From contig JAKAWT010000001.1 in assembly GCA_021816845.1 (NCBI GenBank), forward strand, positions 326,087 through 390,086: a stretch of DNA of 64,000 nt. The letters run 5' to 3'. Positions 53,818-62,153 of the stretch are shown piece by piece. Positions within the stretch are counted from its first letter, which is position 1. Each line of letters opens with the position of its first letter. The notes under the pieces are model-generated. The model was not told where the DNA came from, ran no database searches, and worked only from the letters and a program-made list of their open reading frames with translations. This DNA comes from a bacterium. Its GTDB lineage: Bacteria; Patescibacteriota; Dojkabacteria; JAKAPS01; JAJZLI01. Both the position numbers and the translations under genes were made by a program.

Positions 53818-53997
53818 ATGCAAGATAGGGATATAAAGGTTTATACAATACCAAAATCAAAAGGTTTCGGCCCAAGAAAATTATACTCATCGTATGGAAT
53901 GGGCGGATGTTTTTCTTGTGTTATACTTTCCCTATTGATGTTGTTTATATTCATCCTAGGCATAATATCCTTAATACATATTTTGTTTAGTTTATAA
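53818..53997 (+). CDS. possible small membrane peptide (59 aa)
   Basis: Its ATG overlaps the upstream stop (ATGATGAATAAttATG context). It has a single TM segment (CFSCVILSLLMLFIFILGIISLIHILF). It may be spurious. Confidence 0.2.
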   Translation: MQDRDIKVYTIPKSKGFGPRKLYSSYGMGGCFSCVILSLLMLFIFILGIISLIHILFSL

Positions 53998-54374
53998 AAA
54001 CTGTATAACATAGATATCTCACATTTTTTTGTATTTATTGTAATATATTCGTAAGATTTTTATCCTACTAGAGATAGTAGCTGTAATAGCTAAAATATCA
54101 GGCCAAAGCTATATCCTCTTTTGACTCTTGTATAGAAAATTGAGGTTTAAACTCATGGAAGATATATTGATATTGAATAATAGTTATTAATGAGTACTTG
54201 GATACAAAGGGTTTTTGCAATTTTTAAATTTTTACTGTAACATATGCAAGTTAGATATATAATAATCATGAAAAGAAAAGCAGCAAGATTAATACTAAAA
54301 AAGAAAGCTAAGGAACAAAGAATTAGGATAAGAGAACAGAAAAAAGCTAGATTGTTGAAAGCTAAAGAATAATT

Positions 54375-55133
54375 TTAAAGAATACCCCACTTTAGAAGAT
54401 ATTGTAGATAACCTTTATATAGAAGGATCTTTCTTCTGACTCCTAATTTTTTTGTACTTTCTCCATATAGATGTAGTACTTTTGCTGTATTAAGATAATA
54501 TGTCTTTATATTATTTTTTTTCATTTTTCTAAAGAAGTCTACATCATTAAAATATAGGGGGAATCGTTCATCAAATAACCCATATTGTGCTATAACGGAG
54601 GATCTTATAAGTATACAAGTAGCTTGTGGTTGATCAACTTCTCTTGAGTCCCTATGATCCCAATTTTTAAGTTTATAATCATTAAAAAGAATATTATAAA
54701 AAGATGGGAATTTTCTACATGATTTTTGGATGGAGTGATCTTTATTTATAAGTTGAGGTGCTACAATTTGGTAATTTCTCTTTGGATTAAGATCCTTTGG
54801 ATCAAGATCCTTTGGGTCAAGACACTCATCAAGGAAATTTACTAATTTTTCTATTGCATGATCTATAATTTCTGTATCAGAGCCAAGTAGCATAATGTAT
54901 TCTCCTCTGGCTTTTTTAACCCCTTGATTCATCGCCTTTGCAAAATATATATTCTGATCATTTTTGATAAATTTTATATGTGGATCTTCTAGATAAGAAC
55001 TTTTTAAGTCTGAGTTGTTGTCAATTAGTATAATCTCATATAGGAAAGGTAGCCCTTTTATACTTTTTATTAGATTTAAAACTGTATCTTTTGTATTCCA
55101 GTTTACTATAATTATGGAGAGTTTTATCTTCAT
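54375..55133 (-). CDS. glycosyltransferase family 2
   Basis: The LSIIIVNWNTKDTVLNLIKSI...LIDNNSD segment is the signature. An in-frame mini-repeat encodes KDLDPKDLDPKDLNPK. Confidence 0.7.
   Translation of the reverse strand: MKIKLSIIIVNWNTKDTVLNLIKSIKGLPFLYEIILIDNNSDLKSSYLEDPHIKFIKNDQNIYFAKAMNQGVKKARGEYIMLLGSDTEIIDHAIEKLVNFLDECLDPKDLDPKDLNPKRNYQIVAPQLINKDHSIQKSCRKFPSFYNILFNDYKLKNWDHRDSREVDQPQATCILIRSSVIAQYGLFDERFPLYFNDVDFFRKMKKNNIKTYYLNTAKVLHLYGESTKKLGVRRKILLYKGYLQYLLKWGIL
54784..54825. repeat. palindromic mini-repeat (GGATTaaGATCC ttt GGATCaaGATCC ttt GGGTCaaGACAC) in frame inside the GT2 gene
   Basis: Read directly from the sequence. Confidence 0.85.
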
Positions 55134-55909
55134 TAGTTATATTTTTCTTTTATTTTCCTTAGGGATACCAAGTATTCAAATATATCAGAGAATCTAAGCT
55201 TTGAAACTCCGAATTTACGATCTCTAAATTTTATTGGTATTTCTTTGACTTTTCTATTTTTTTTGTAGAAAAAATATAGTATTTCAACCTGAAATAGATA
55301 TCCATTTGATCTGATATTTTTAATAAATTTTTTAGGAAGGATTTCCGATTTTATAAGCTTAAATCCTGATGTACAATCATGGTAAGGCATTCTTAACATA
55401 ATTTTTGTAAAAATATTTCCAAATTTTGAATTCATACGTCGGAGTAATCCCCATTCAGTCTCTATAGATCCTCCCTTAATGTACCTAGATCCAACAATGA
55501 TGTCATATTTATCCTTATATTTAATCAGTTCTAGGATATACTTTGGATCATGAGATAGGTCTGCATCCATTTGTATTATATATTTTGCTCCCATATTAAA
55601 TATTGCATACAAAAATCCTCTTTTATATGCATCTCCAAGACCTTTTTTTTGTCCTTTTATTAGGTATATTTTTTTATTCCTCTTCATTAAAGATTCTATA
55701 TATTCTCCTGTTTTATCAGGTGAATTATCATCAACAAAAAGGATTCTTATTCCTGGAGTAAACGTATATATTCTCTTTACTAAATTTGGGATATTTAACC
55801 TCTCATTATAAGTGGGAATGATTATTACTATATCTTTATAACTTTTAGAGCCAGCTTTCTTGGAGCCAACTCCATTAGGTTTAGACCCTTTGGATTTAGA
55901 ATTTTTCAT
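55133..55909 (-). CDS. GT2 polyprenol-phosphate mannose/glucose synthase-like (Dpm1/GtrB-like)
   Basis: The IVIIIPTYNERLNIPNLVKRI...LFVDDNSPDKT...DADLSHDP segment is the signature. The N-terminal tail (KGSKPNGVGSKKAGSKS) is encoded by a degenerate 15-nt periodic repeat at 55862-55903. Confidence 0.75.
   Translation of the reverse strand: MKNSKSKGSKPNGVGSKKAGSKSYKDIVIIIPTYNERLNIPNLVKRIYTFTPGIRILFVDDNSPDKTGEYIESLMKRNKKIYLIKGQKKGLGDAYKRGFLYAIFNMGAKYIIQMDADLSHDPKYILELIKYKDKYDIIVGSRYIKGGSIETEWGLLRRMNSKFGNIFTKIMLRMPYHDCTSGFKLIKSEILPKKFIKNIRSNGYLFQVEILYFFYKKNRKVKEIPIKFRDRKFGVSKLRFSDIFEYLVSLRKIKEKYN
55862..55903. repeat. degenerate copy of the 15-nt periodic palindromic repeat (GGAGCcaaCTCC att AGGTTtaGACCC ttt GGATTtaGAATT)
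   Basis: Read directly from the sequence. Confidence 0.5.
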
Positions 55910-55949
55910 ATGATGATTATATCAAAAAACATTAGGAAATTGCATTTTA

Positions 55950-57236
55950 ATGTTATATATCTTAGTATATATAAAGTTAAATGTAATTATTATGGATCCA
56001 AAAGACTTTTATATCCAAATTGAAAAGATTGTGAAAGGTGGCAAATTTCCTTTAACTGTTGAATCTGGGCAAGGAGCATATCTTAAGATTAACGGTGATA
56101 AAAAATTAAATTTTTGTTCAAATAATTATCTAGGATTTGCCTCAGATAAAGATATAAGGAAAGCAGCAATCGATGCTATTAATACTTATGGTGTAGGTAC
56201 TACGTCTGTAAGAACATTATCTGGAACAAATACACTACATCTAGAACTAGAAGATAAACTTGCAAATTTTAAAAAAGCAGAGGCTGCAATTGTTTTGACT
56301 GGTGGTTATATGGCTAACCTTTGCTCGGTACAGACAATTCTAGACAAGAGTGACATTGTAGTTTCAGATGAACTTAACCATGCCTCTATAATAGACGCAG
56401 TAAGACTATCACAAGTCCAAAATAAATTTGTTTATAAGCATAAAGATATGAAGGATTTGAAGTTAAAGTTAAAAGAAGCAGAAACTATTAAAAATGCAAA
56501 AAAGAAAAATAGTAAATATAGAGATAAACACTCTTCAGAAAAGCAAGCTCAAATGGAACAGGCCCCAAAAATTTTGATAATTACAGATGGGGTCTTCTCT
56601 ATGGATGGAGACTTAGCTCCATTACCAGAAATAGTTTTACTAGCTAAAGAATATGGAGCATTAGTCATGGTTGATGATGCACATGGAGAAGGAGTGATTG
56701 GAAAAAATGGGAGAGGAATAGTTGATCATTTTAATCTACATGGTCAGGTTGACATAGAAGTAGGAACATTATCTAAAGCTTTCGGAGTCATAGGAGGTTT
56801 TATAACTGGTAGGAAGGTACTTATAGATTTTTACAGACAAAAATCAAGACAATTTTTATTTTCAAATGGCTTATCTATACCCGATACAGCAGCCTTAATT
56901 AAGGCTGTAGATATACTTGAATCGTCAGATGAACGTGTAAAACAGTTATGGAGAAATGGGGATTACCTAAAACAGGAATTCAAGAAACTTGGATTTGATA
57001 TTGGTCATAGTGAAACTCCAATTACCCCGGTGATGCTTAATGATGAGGGTGTAGCCAAGACATTTAGTAGTAAGCTTCTTGATTATGGAGTTTTTGCTAC
57101 ACCAATTTTATTTCCAATGGTAGCAAAAGGAAAAGCTCGTATAAGAGTTATGCCTTCAGCTATACATACAAAAGAAGATTTAGATTTTGGTATAGAACAA
57201 TTCTTAAAAGTAAAAAAAGAAATTTTTAAACTTTAA
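55950..57236 (+). CDS. kbl: PLP-dependent alpha-oxoamine synthase family enzyme (glycine C-acetyltransferase / 8-amino-7-oxononanoate synthase-like) with a Lys-rich insertion
   Basis: It matches the Kbl family at [16 protein letters not shown] (cf. [16 protein letters not shown]) and [15 protein letters not shown], with a PLP lysine context of TLSKAFG. There is an approximately 40-aa [23 protein letters not shown] insertion. The likely true start is the ATG at 55992. Confidence 0.75.
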   Translation: MLYILVYIKLNVIIMDPKDFYIQIEKIVKGGKFPLTVESGQGAYLKINGDKKLNFCSNNYLGFASDKDIRKAAIDAINTYGVGTTSVRTLSGTNTLHLELEDKLANFKKAEAAIVLTGGYMANLCSVQTILDKSDIVVSDELNHASIIDAVRLSQVQNKFVYKHKDMKDLKLKLKEAETIKNAKKKNSKYRDKHSSEKQAQMEQAPKILIITDGVFSMDGDLAPLPEIVLLAKEYGALVMVDDAHGEGVIGKNGRGIVDHFNLHGQVDIEVGTLSKAFGVIGGFITGRKVLIDFYRQKSRQFLFSNGLSIPDTAALIKAVDILESSDERVKQLWRNGDYLKQEFKKLGFDIGHSETPITPVMLNDEGVAKTFSSKLLDYGVFATPILFPMVAKGKARIRVMPSAIHTKEDLDFGIEQFLKVKKEIFKL

Positions 57237-57363
57237 TTGATTGAATTTTAATATATAAAATAATTCAATTATGGTATGGGGTATGGATTTACAAGATTAC
57301 TCAACTAGTTTGATTATTCCTGATTATAGATTTAAAATTGTTAATAATATATAATAATTACTA

Positions 57364-57455
57364 ATCAAGAGTGATGGGGAGAGAATTGGCTCAATAATCC
57401 ATCCAGCAACCGAAAAGAAATTTCACGGTGCTACATCCAACCATGAGGAGAGATT
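57364..57455 (+). promoter_or_regulatory. SAM-I (S-box) riboswitch aptamer upstream of metK
   Basis: It carries AUCAAGAG...GGGGAGAGAAUUGGCUCAAUAAUCCAUCCAGCAACC...GGUGCUACAUCC...CAUGAGGAGAGA, which matches the conserved S-box core (AUCaAGAG, GAGGGA, GCAACC, GGUGC, GAUGAG) in the correct order. Confidence 0.65.
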
Positions 57456-57486
57456 TGATCTAATGATTTTAGATAAACTTATTGTA

Positions 57487-57552
57487 TAAGATTAATCTCT
57501 CTTGAATCCAGATTTGTAAATTTGGATTTACATGGGAGATTTTTTATTTTAT
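57487..57552 (+). terminator. riboswitch expression-platform intrinsic terminator
   Basis: The arms ATCTCTC...GGGAGAT enclose an inner hairpin (atccagattt gta aatttggat) and are followed by TTTTTTATTTT. The 5' arm is complementary to the aptamer's 3' P1 strand (GAGGAGAGAT), giving an antiterminator option. Confidence 0.45.
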
Positions 57553-57563
57553 ACAAACAAATT

Positions 57564-58679
57564 ATGGATAATACTTCTTTTAGCAGATCCTTATTTACAT
57601 CTGAATCAGTATGCTCTGGACATCCGGATAAAATTTGTGATCAGATTTCTGATGCTATTTTGGATCAAGCATTATTAAATGATTCCAAGTCTCATATTGC
57701 CATTGAAACTATGGTAACAAAAAATAAAGTAATAATAGTAGGTGAGGTAAGTACAAATGCAAAAATTGATTATGAAGGCGTTGCAAGATCAATGATTAGG
57801 CGATTAGGGTATAGAGACAATCCTTATTTTTCAGATAAATCTGATATAGAAGTCTATATATCTGAACAATCTTTAGAAATTAAAAAAGGGGTAAAGAATA
57901 ATGGAGCGGGAGATCAAGGTATGATGTTTGGTTATGCCTGTAATGAGACAAAAGAGTATATGCCACTCCCGATTATGATTGCTCACAATCTTGCAGAAAG
58001 TATTGATGAAGCAAGAGGGGATAATAAGCTCTCATACCTATATCCAGATGGAAAAACTCAGGTTAGTGTTGAATATAGAAATGGAAAACCATATAAAATT
58101 AATAATGTTGTAATAGCAGTTCCTCATAATAGTGATATACATATATCTAAGGTCAAATATGATATCTACAATTTTATAATAAGAGAAGTTTTAGATAAGT
58201 ATGGGTTTTTTGTGGATAAAGATAGGGTCATTTTAAATGGTACTGGGGTGTGGCATAAAGGAGGACCATCTTCTGATGCTGGTCTTACAGGTAGAAAAAT
58301 TATTGTTGATACATATGGGGGATACGCACGAGTTGGAGGAGGGTGTTTTAGTGGCAAAGACCCTACAAAGGTAGATAGATCAGGTGCATACGCTGCTCGT
58401 TTTATAGCAAAAAATATAGTGGCAAATGGATTAGCAGATAAAGCAGAGGTGAGACTTGCATATGTAATAGGTAAATCTCAACCCTTAATGAAGGAAGTGG
58501 AAACTTTTGGAACATCAAAGAAAAGTGATAAAGTGATTAGGGATTATGTGGATTCTGTGTTGGATACATCTGTCTTAGGTATTATTCGGAATTTAGATTT
58601 ACAAAGACCTATATATCTTAAAACAGCTTCATATGGACATTTTGGAAGGAACGGATTTCCCTGGGAGAAAATTGTATAA
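57564..58679 (+). CDS. metK: S-adenosylmethionine synthetase
   Basis: The LFTSESVCSGHPDKICDQISDAILD, GAGDQGMMFGYA and GGGCFSGKDPTKVDRSGAYAAR segments are the signatures. The start was moved to the internal ATG (MDNTSF...) downstream of the riboswitch terminator. The ORF track start at 57522 would overlap the terminator. Confidence 0.9.
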   Translation: MDNTSFSRSLFTSESVCSGHPDKICDQISDAILDQALLNDSKSHIAIETMVTKNKVIIVGEVSTNAKIDYEGVARSMIRRLGYRDNPYFSDKSDIEVYISEQSLEIKKGVKNNGAGDQGMMFGYACNETKEYMPLPIMIAHNLAESIDEARGDNKLSYLYPDGKTQVSVEYRNGKPYKINNVVIAVPHNSDIHISKVKYDIYNFIIREVLDKYGFFVDKDRVILNGTGVWHKGGPSSDAGLTGRKIIVDTYGGYARVGGGCFSGKDPTKVDRSGAYAARFIAKNIVANGLADKAEVRLAYVIGKSQPLMKEVETFGTSKKSDKVIRDYVDSVLDTSVLGIIRNLDLQRPIYLKTASYGHFGRNGFPWEKIV

Positions 58680-58767
58680 AATTTATAATTCTGCTATTTT
58701 TAAATAGTATATTTTAATGCTATACTTTGGCCATAATTATTAGAAATTTTTTAAATATTTAGATTTA

Positions 58768-60579
58768 ATGGCTTTACCTTCTATACTAAAAATTGGGAAA
58801 AACAGTCAATCTATGCTGTCTATGAAGCAAAATACCATTGTAACTGCTGCAGTAGTTATAATGAGTGCTACCTTGATTGCAAAAATGTTGGGACTTTTTA
58901 AGCTAACACTTCTTGCTAATCTTTTCGGATTATCAAGACAACTAGATATTTTTTATGCAGCAGATTCAATTCCTCAGATATTTTTTAATATCCTTGTCAT
59001 AGGGACATTTAATACAGCTTTAATTCCTATAATAGGTGGAATGATAGCTAAAAATGATAAGAAAGAATTATGGTCTATATTTAATTCTTTTTTAAATATA
59101 TTCGCACTCATACTTCTTACGGTTGGAGTATTAGGTATAATATTCTCAAGTGAGGTCGCTCACTTCTTTATATCTCTTTCATCTACATATAGAGCATCAC
59201 AAATTCCTAATTTACAACCTCAAGATGTTCAGGAGTTATCATCCATGATGAAGATACTATTTATCTCTCCAATTATTTTAGGTATTAGTTTCATGTTTTC
59301 AGCCTTATTACAGGTTTATAAACGTTTTTTAGTAACACAAATTGCAGTAATATTGTATAACATAGGTTTTATAATAGGGATTATATTCTTCACTCCATTT
59401 TTAGGAATATATGGTCTTGCATGGGGAATAGTTCTTGGTAGTATTTTTCATCTTTTAGTTCAATTTCCAGTTGCAAAGTATCTTGGATTTTCATATAAGC
59501 ATGTAATATCAAATTGGAAGGACAAATACATGAGAGAAATATTCACTCTTTCACTGCCAAGGATTATAGGAGTATCTATATCTCAAGTTGCATATTTTGT
59601 AGAATCCTTTATTGCTTTTGCACTTGTTCCAGGGTCTTTGACGGCATTTAATTGGGCAACAAGTCTATATCTTTTCCCAGTTGCTATAGTAGGGTGGAGT
59701 TTTGCTCAGGCTTCTTTCCCAACTTTAACTGAGGAAGCACATTTAAATGGTTATTTTGCTTTTAGAAAGACACTATCTAAAACAATTCAACAAACTTTAT
59801 TTATAATAGTGCCATTATTTATAATATTCCTAGTTTTGAGACTCCCTATTGTAAGACTTATACTTGGTCCAGGATCAAATAGTCAGTTTGGGTGGAATGA
59901 TACGGTACTTACTGCATGGATATTACTGTTTTTATCATTATCAATTGTAGGTCAAGCTTTACTGGCTATATTAATTAGAGCTTTTTACTCACTAAAGGAT
60001 ACTAAAACTCCTGTTATAGTAGAATCAATAATGTTTGTGTTTAATATACTTTTAGCTTTATACCTTGTTAGAGTTTTTGGGAATTTTCCTGTTATATCCC
60101 CAACTGTTGGCAATCTTCTAAATATAGGTAACTATATTCATTTTACAAGTCATTTCACGTGGAAAGCAGTAGGGGGATTAGGTCTTGCTAGTGGTATTGC
60201 AGTAACTTTGAATGTCATAATACTTATCTTCATTATGAACAAACGTATCAAAGGTTTTTCTTTTGAAGATTTTTATTCACCTCTTCTAAAAAAAATTATA
60301 GAAGGTATTTCTATGGCATTGGTTATGTACTTTATTTATAAGATATTAGATTTTTTGCTTAATACAACAAAGACTGTAAATATAATATTTTTGTTTCTAA
60401 TTACTACATATGTAGGAGTAACGGTATACCTTGTGGTAGCATTTCTTCTAAATGATGCAGAATTGGACCTCATATCAAAAAGTATTTTTTCAATAAGGGA
60501 TTTGGTGTACAGAAAAGGTAAAGTAAAAACAGTATCTACTGTTCCTGATAGTATATCTCCAGAAGAACAAGAACCATGA
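58768..60579 (+). CDS. murJ: lipid II flippase MurJ (MviN)
   Basis: It has a 14-TM architecture, with an N-terminal LIAKMLGLFKLTLLANLFGLSRQLDIFYAA segment and other MurJ-like conserved segments. There is an approximately 25-aa polar insertion. Confidence 0.8.
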   Translation: MALPSILKIGKNSQSMLSMKQNTIVTAAVVIMSATLIAKMLGLFKLTLLANLFGLSRQLDIFYAADSIPQIFFNILVIGTFNTALIPIIGGMIAKNDKKELWSIFNSFLNIFALILLTVGVLGIIFSSEVAHFFISLSSTYRASQIPNLQPQDVQELSSMMKILFISPIILGISFMFSALLQVYKRFLVTQIAVILYNIGFIIGIIFFTPFLGIYGLAWGIVLGSIFHLLVQFPVAKYLGFSYKHVISNWKDKYMREIFTLSLPRIIGVSISQVAYFVESFIAFALVPGSLTAFNWATSLYLFPVAIVGWSFAQASFPTLTEEAHLNGYFAFRKTLSKTIQQTLFIIVPLFIIFLVLRLPIVRLILGPGSNSQFGWNDTVLTAWILLFLSLSIVGQALLAILIRAFYSLKDTKTPVIVESIMFVFNILLALYLVRVFGNFPVISPTVGNLLNIGNYIHFTSHFTWKAVGGLGLASGIAVTLNVIILIFIMNKRIKGFSFEDFYSPLLKKIIEGISMALVMYFIYKILDFLLNTTKTVNIIFLFLITTYVGVTVYLVVAFLLNDAELDLISKSIFSIRDLVYRKGKVKTVSTVPDSISPEEQEP

Positions 60580-61634
60580 ATTTAAATAATAAAGATGAAA
60601 TAAATAAACTTGATAAATCTAATGTTTTAGAGTCTGTTTTAAATATTCCAAACCAAATAAAACAGGCATATAACGAGACTAAAGATTTAAAATTTTCATA
60701 TACAAATATTAATGCAGTCCTAGTTTGTGGTATGGGGGGATCATCGTTAGGGGCTCATTTTGTAGGAAGTTTATTTGAAGATAAAATCAAAGTTCCATAT
60801 ACAATTTTGAATGGTTATAAGTTACCAAAATTTGTTAATAATAAAACCCTAGTAATACTGTCTTCAAATTCAGGTAATACTGAAGAGACAATATCATGTA
60901 TGAATGAAGCTTTAAAGAGGACTGATAAAATAGTGGCTATAACTACAGGAGGGAAGATAAAGGAGGAAGTACTTAAAGGGAATATATCTGGATATGTTTT
61001 TGAACAAACCTTTAATGTTGCACGTCAACCAAGACTGGCAACTTCATACACAATTATAGGAATAATGGCAACTTTAAAGAAACTTAAACTTCTAGATTAT
61101 GATGATAAGAATATAGAGGATGTTATAATATTTTTAGAGAATAAAAATTCCTTATATAATGTCAATGTAGAGGATCATTTTAATCCTGCTAAAGAATATG
61201 CATATAGGATTTTTGAAAAAATTCCTCTTATTGTCGGATCAGAATGGAGTGTGGGTGTTAGTCACATATTCTCTAATCAATTGAATGAAACTTCAAAAAA
61301 TCTAGCAACATATTTTTCAATACCAGAGTTGAATCATCATCTTCTAGAAGGGTTAATGCATCCTTCTATTGTACAGTCAGATATGATATTTGTATTCATT
61401 GAATCTTCCCTATATTTAAAAAGAGACAATTTAAGAATTAATATAACAAAAGAAATTCTTGATCAAAAGAAAATAGAATCTATGGATATTGTCTTATCTG
61501 GATTAGATAAAATCACACAGGCATTTGAGATGCTACAACTTTCATCCTTTATAACATTCTATCTTGCTATGCTCTATAAGCAAGATCCTTGTCCTATAGA
61601 TACTGTAGATTTTTTTAAAAAAAGACTCTCATAG
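60576..61634 (+). CDS. bifunctional phosphoglucose/phosphomannose isomerase (SIS-domain, archaeal-type PGI/PMI)
   Basis: It has two SIS-like halves (VLVCGMGGSSLGAHFV; LVILSSNSGNTEET), and its length of about 350 aa fits the bifunctional PGI/PMI family. There is an ATGA overlap with murJ. Confidence 0.65.
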   Translation: MNLNNKDEINKLDKSNVLESVLNIPNQIKQAYNETKDLKFSYTNINAVLVCGMGGSSLGAHFVGSLFEDKIKVPYTILNGYKLPKFVNNKTLVILSSNSGNTEETISCMNEALKRTDKIVAITTGGKIKEEVLKGNISGYVFEQTFNVARQPRLATSYTIIGIMATLKKLKLLDYDDKNIEDVIIFLENKNSLYNVNVEDHFNPAKEYAYRIFEKIPLIVGSEWSVGVSHIFSNQLNETSKNLATYFSIPELNHHLLEGLMHPSIVQSDMIFVFIESSLYLKRDNLRINITKEILDQKKIESMDIVLSGLDKITQAFEMLQLSSFITFYLAMLYKQDPCPIDTVDFFKKRLS

Positions 61635-61667
61635 ATAAAATTTTTATAAAATCAAGTTTTTTCAAAT

Positions 61668-61697
61668 ATTGACAGATGGCGTTCTTTTCTGCTAATA
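61668..61697 (+). promoter_or_regulatory. sigma70-like promoter for groES-groEL (TTGACA - 18 nt - TAATAT)
   Basis: A perfect -35 hexamer lies at 61668-61673 and a -10 TAATAT at 61692-61697, about 70 nt upstream of the groES ATG. Confidence 0.45.
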
Positions 61698-61765
61698 TGC
61701 AAATGCTTAGAATATGGACGTATAAGTCTAGATAAATCCGAATTATTTTAGTACTTTATAAATTT

Positions 61766-62077
61766 ATGAAAGACTCTAAAACAAAATTAAAAATAAAACC
61801 GTTAGGTAATAATGTAGTTGTAGAACCAATTAAAGATGACAAGGTAACAAAATCTGGAATTGTTATACCTGAGACTTTATCTGAAGAAACTCCTCAAAAA
61901 GGAGTTATAGTCTCATTAGGAGAAGGAAGATTATTGAAAGATGGTAAAAGGTATACTTTCAGTGTGAAAGTTGGAGATAGAGTTGTTTTTAAAAAATATG
62001 CTCCAACAGAGTTTGAAATAGATGATACAAAATATCTTATTATAGAAGAAAAGGATATTTTAGGTGTTTTAGATTAA
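61766..62077 (+). CDS. groES: co-chaperonin GroES
   Basis: The KPLGNNVVVEPIKDDKVTKSGIVIPET...VVFKKYAPTEFEIDDTKYLII segment is the Cpn10 signature. Confidence 0.9.
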   Translation: MKDSKTKLKIKPLGNNVVVEPIKDDKVTKSGIVIPETLSEETPQKGVIVSLGEGRLLKDGKRYTFSVKVGDRVVFKKYAPTEFEIDDTKYLIIEEKDILGVLD

Positions 62078-62084
62078 AATTTTT

Positions 62085-62126
62085 GGATCTGATACCTTAG
62101 ATTTAATGTCTTTGGGTTGGATCTCT
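62085..62126. repeat. degenerate 15-nt periodic repeat (GGATCtgATACC tta GATTTaaTGTCT ttg GGTTGGATCTC) in the groES-groEL spacer
   Basis: Read directly from the sequence. It is a weak copy. Confidence 0.35.
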
Positions 62127-62153
62127 TGAATAATATTTTAGTAATATATAAAT

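Noticed and set aside
61698-61765. Possible CIRCE/HrcA operator between the groES promoter and the ATG
   Set aside because: The only inverted-repeat-like segment (TTAGAATAT-N9-AGTCTAGAT) matches the CIRCE consensus TTAGCACTC-N9-GAGTGCTAA at too few positions, so no convincing operator was called.
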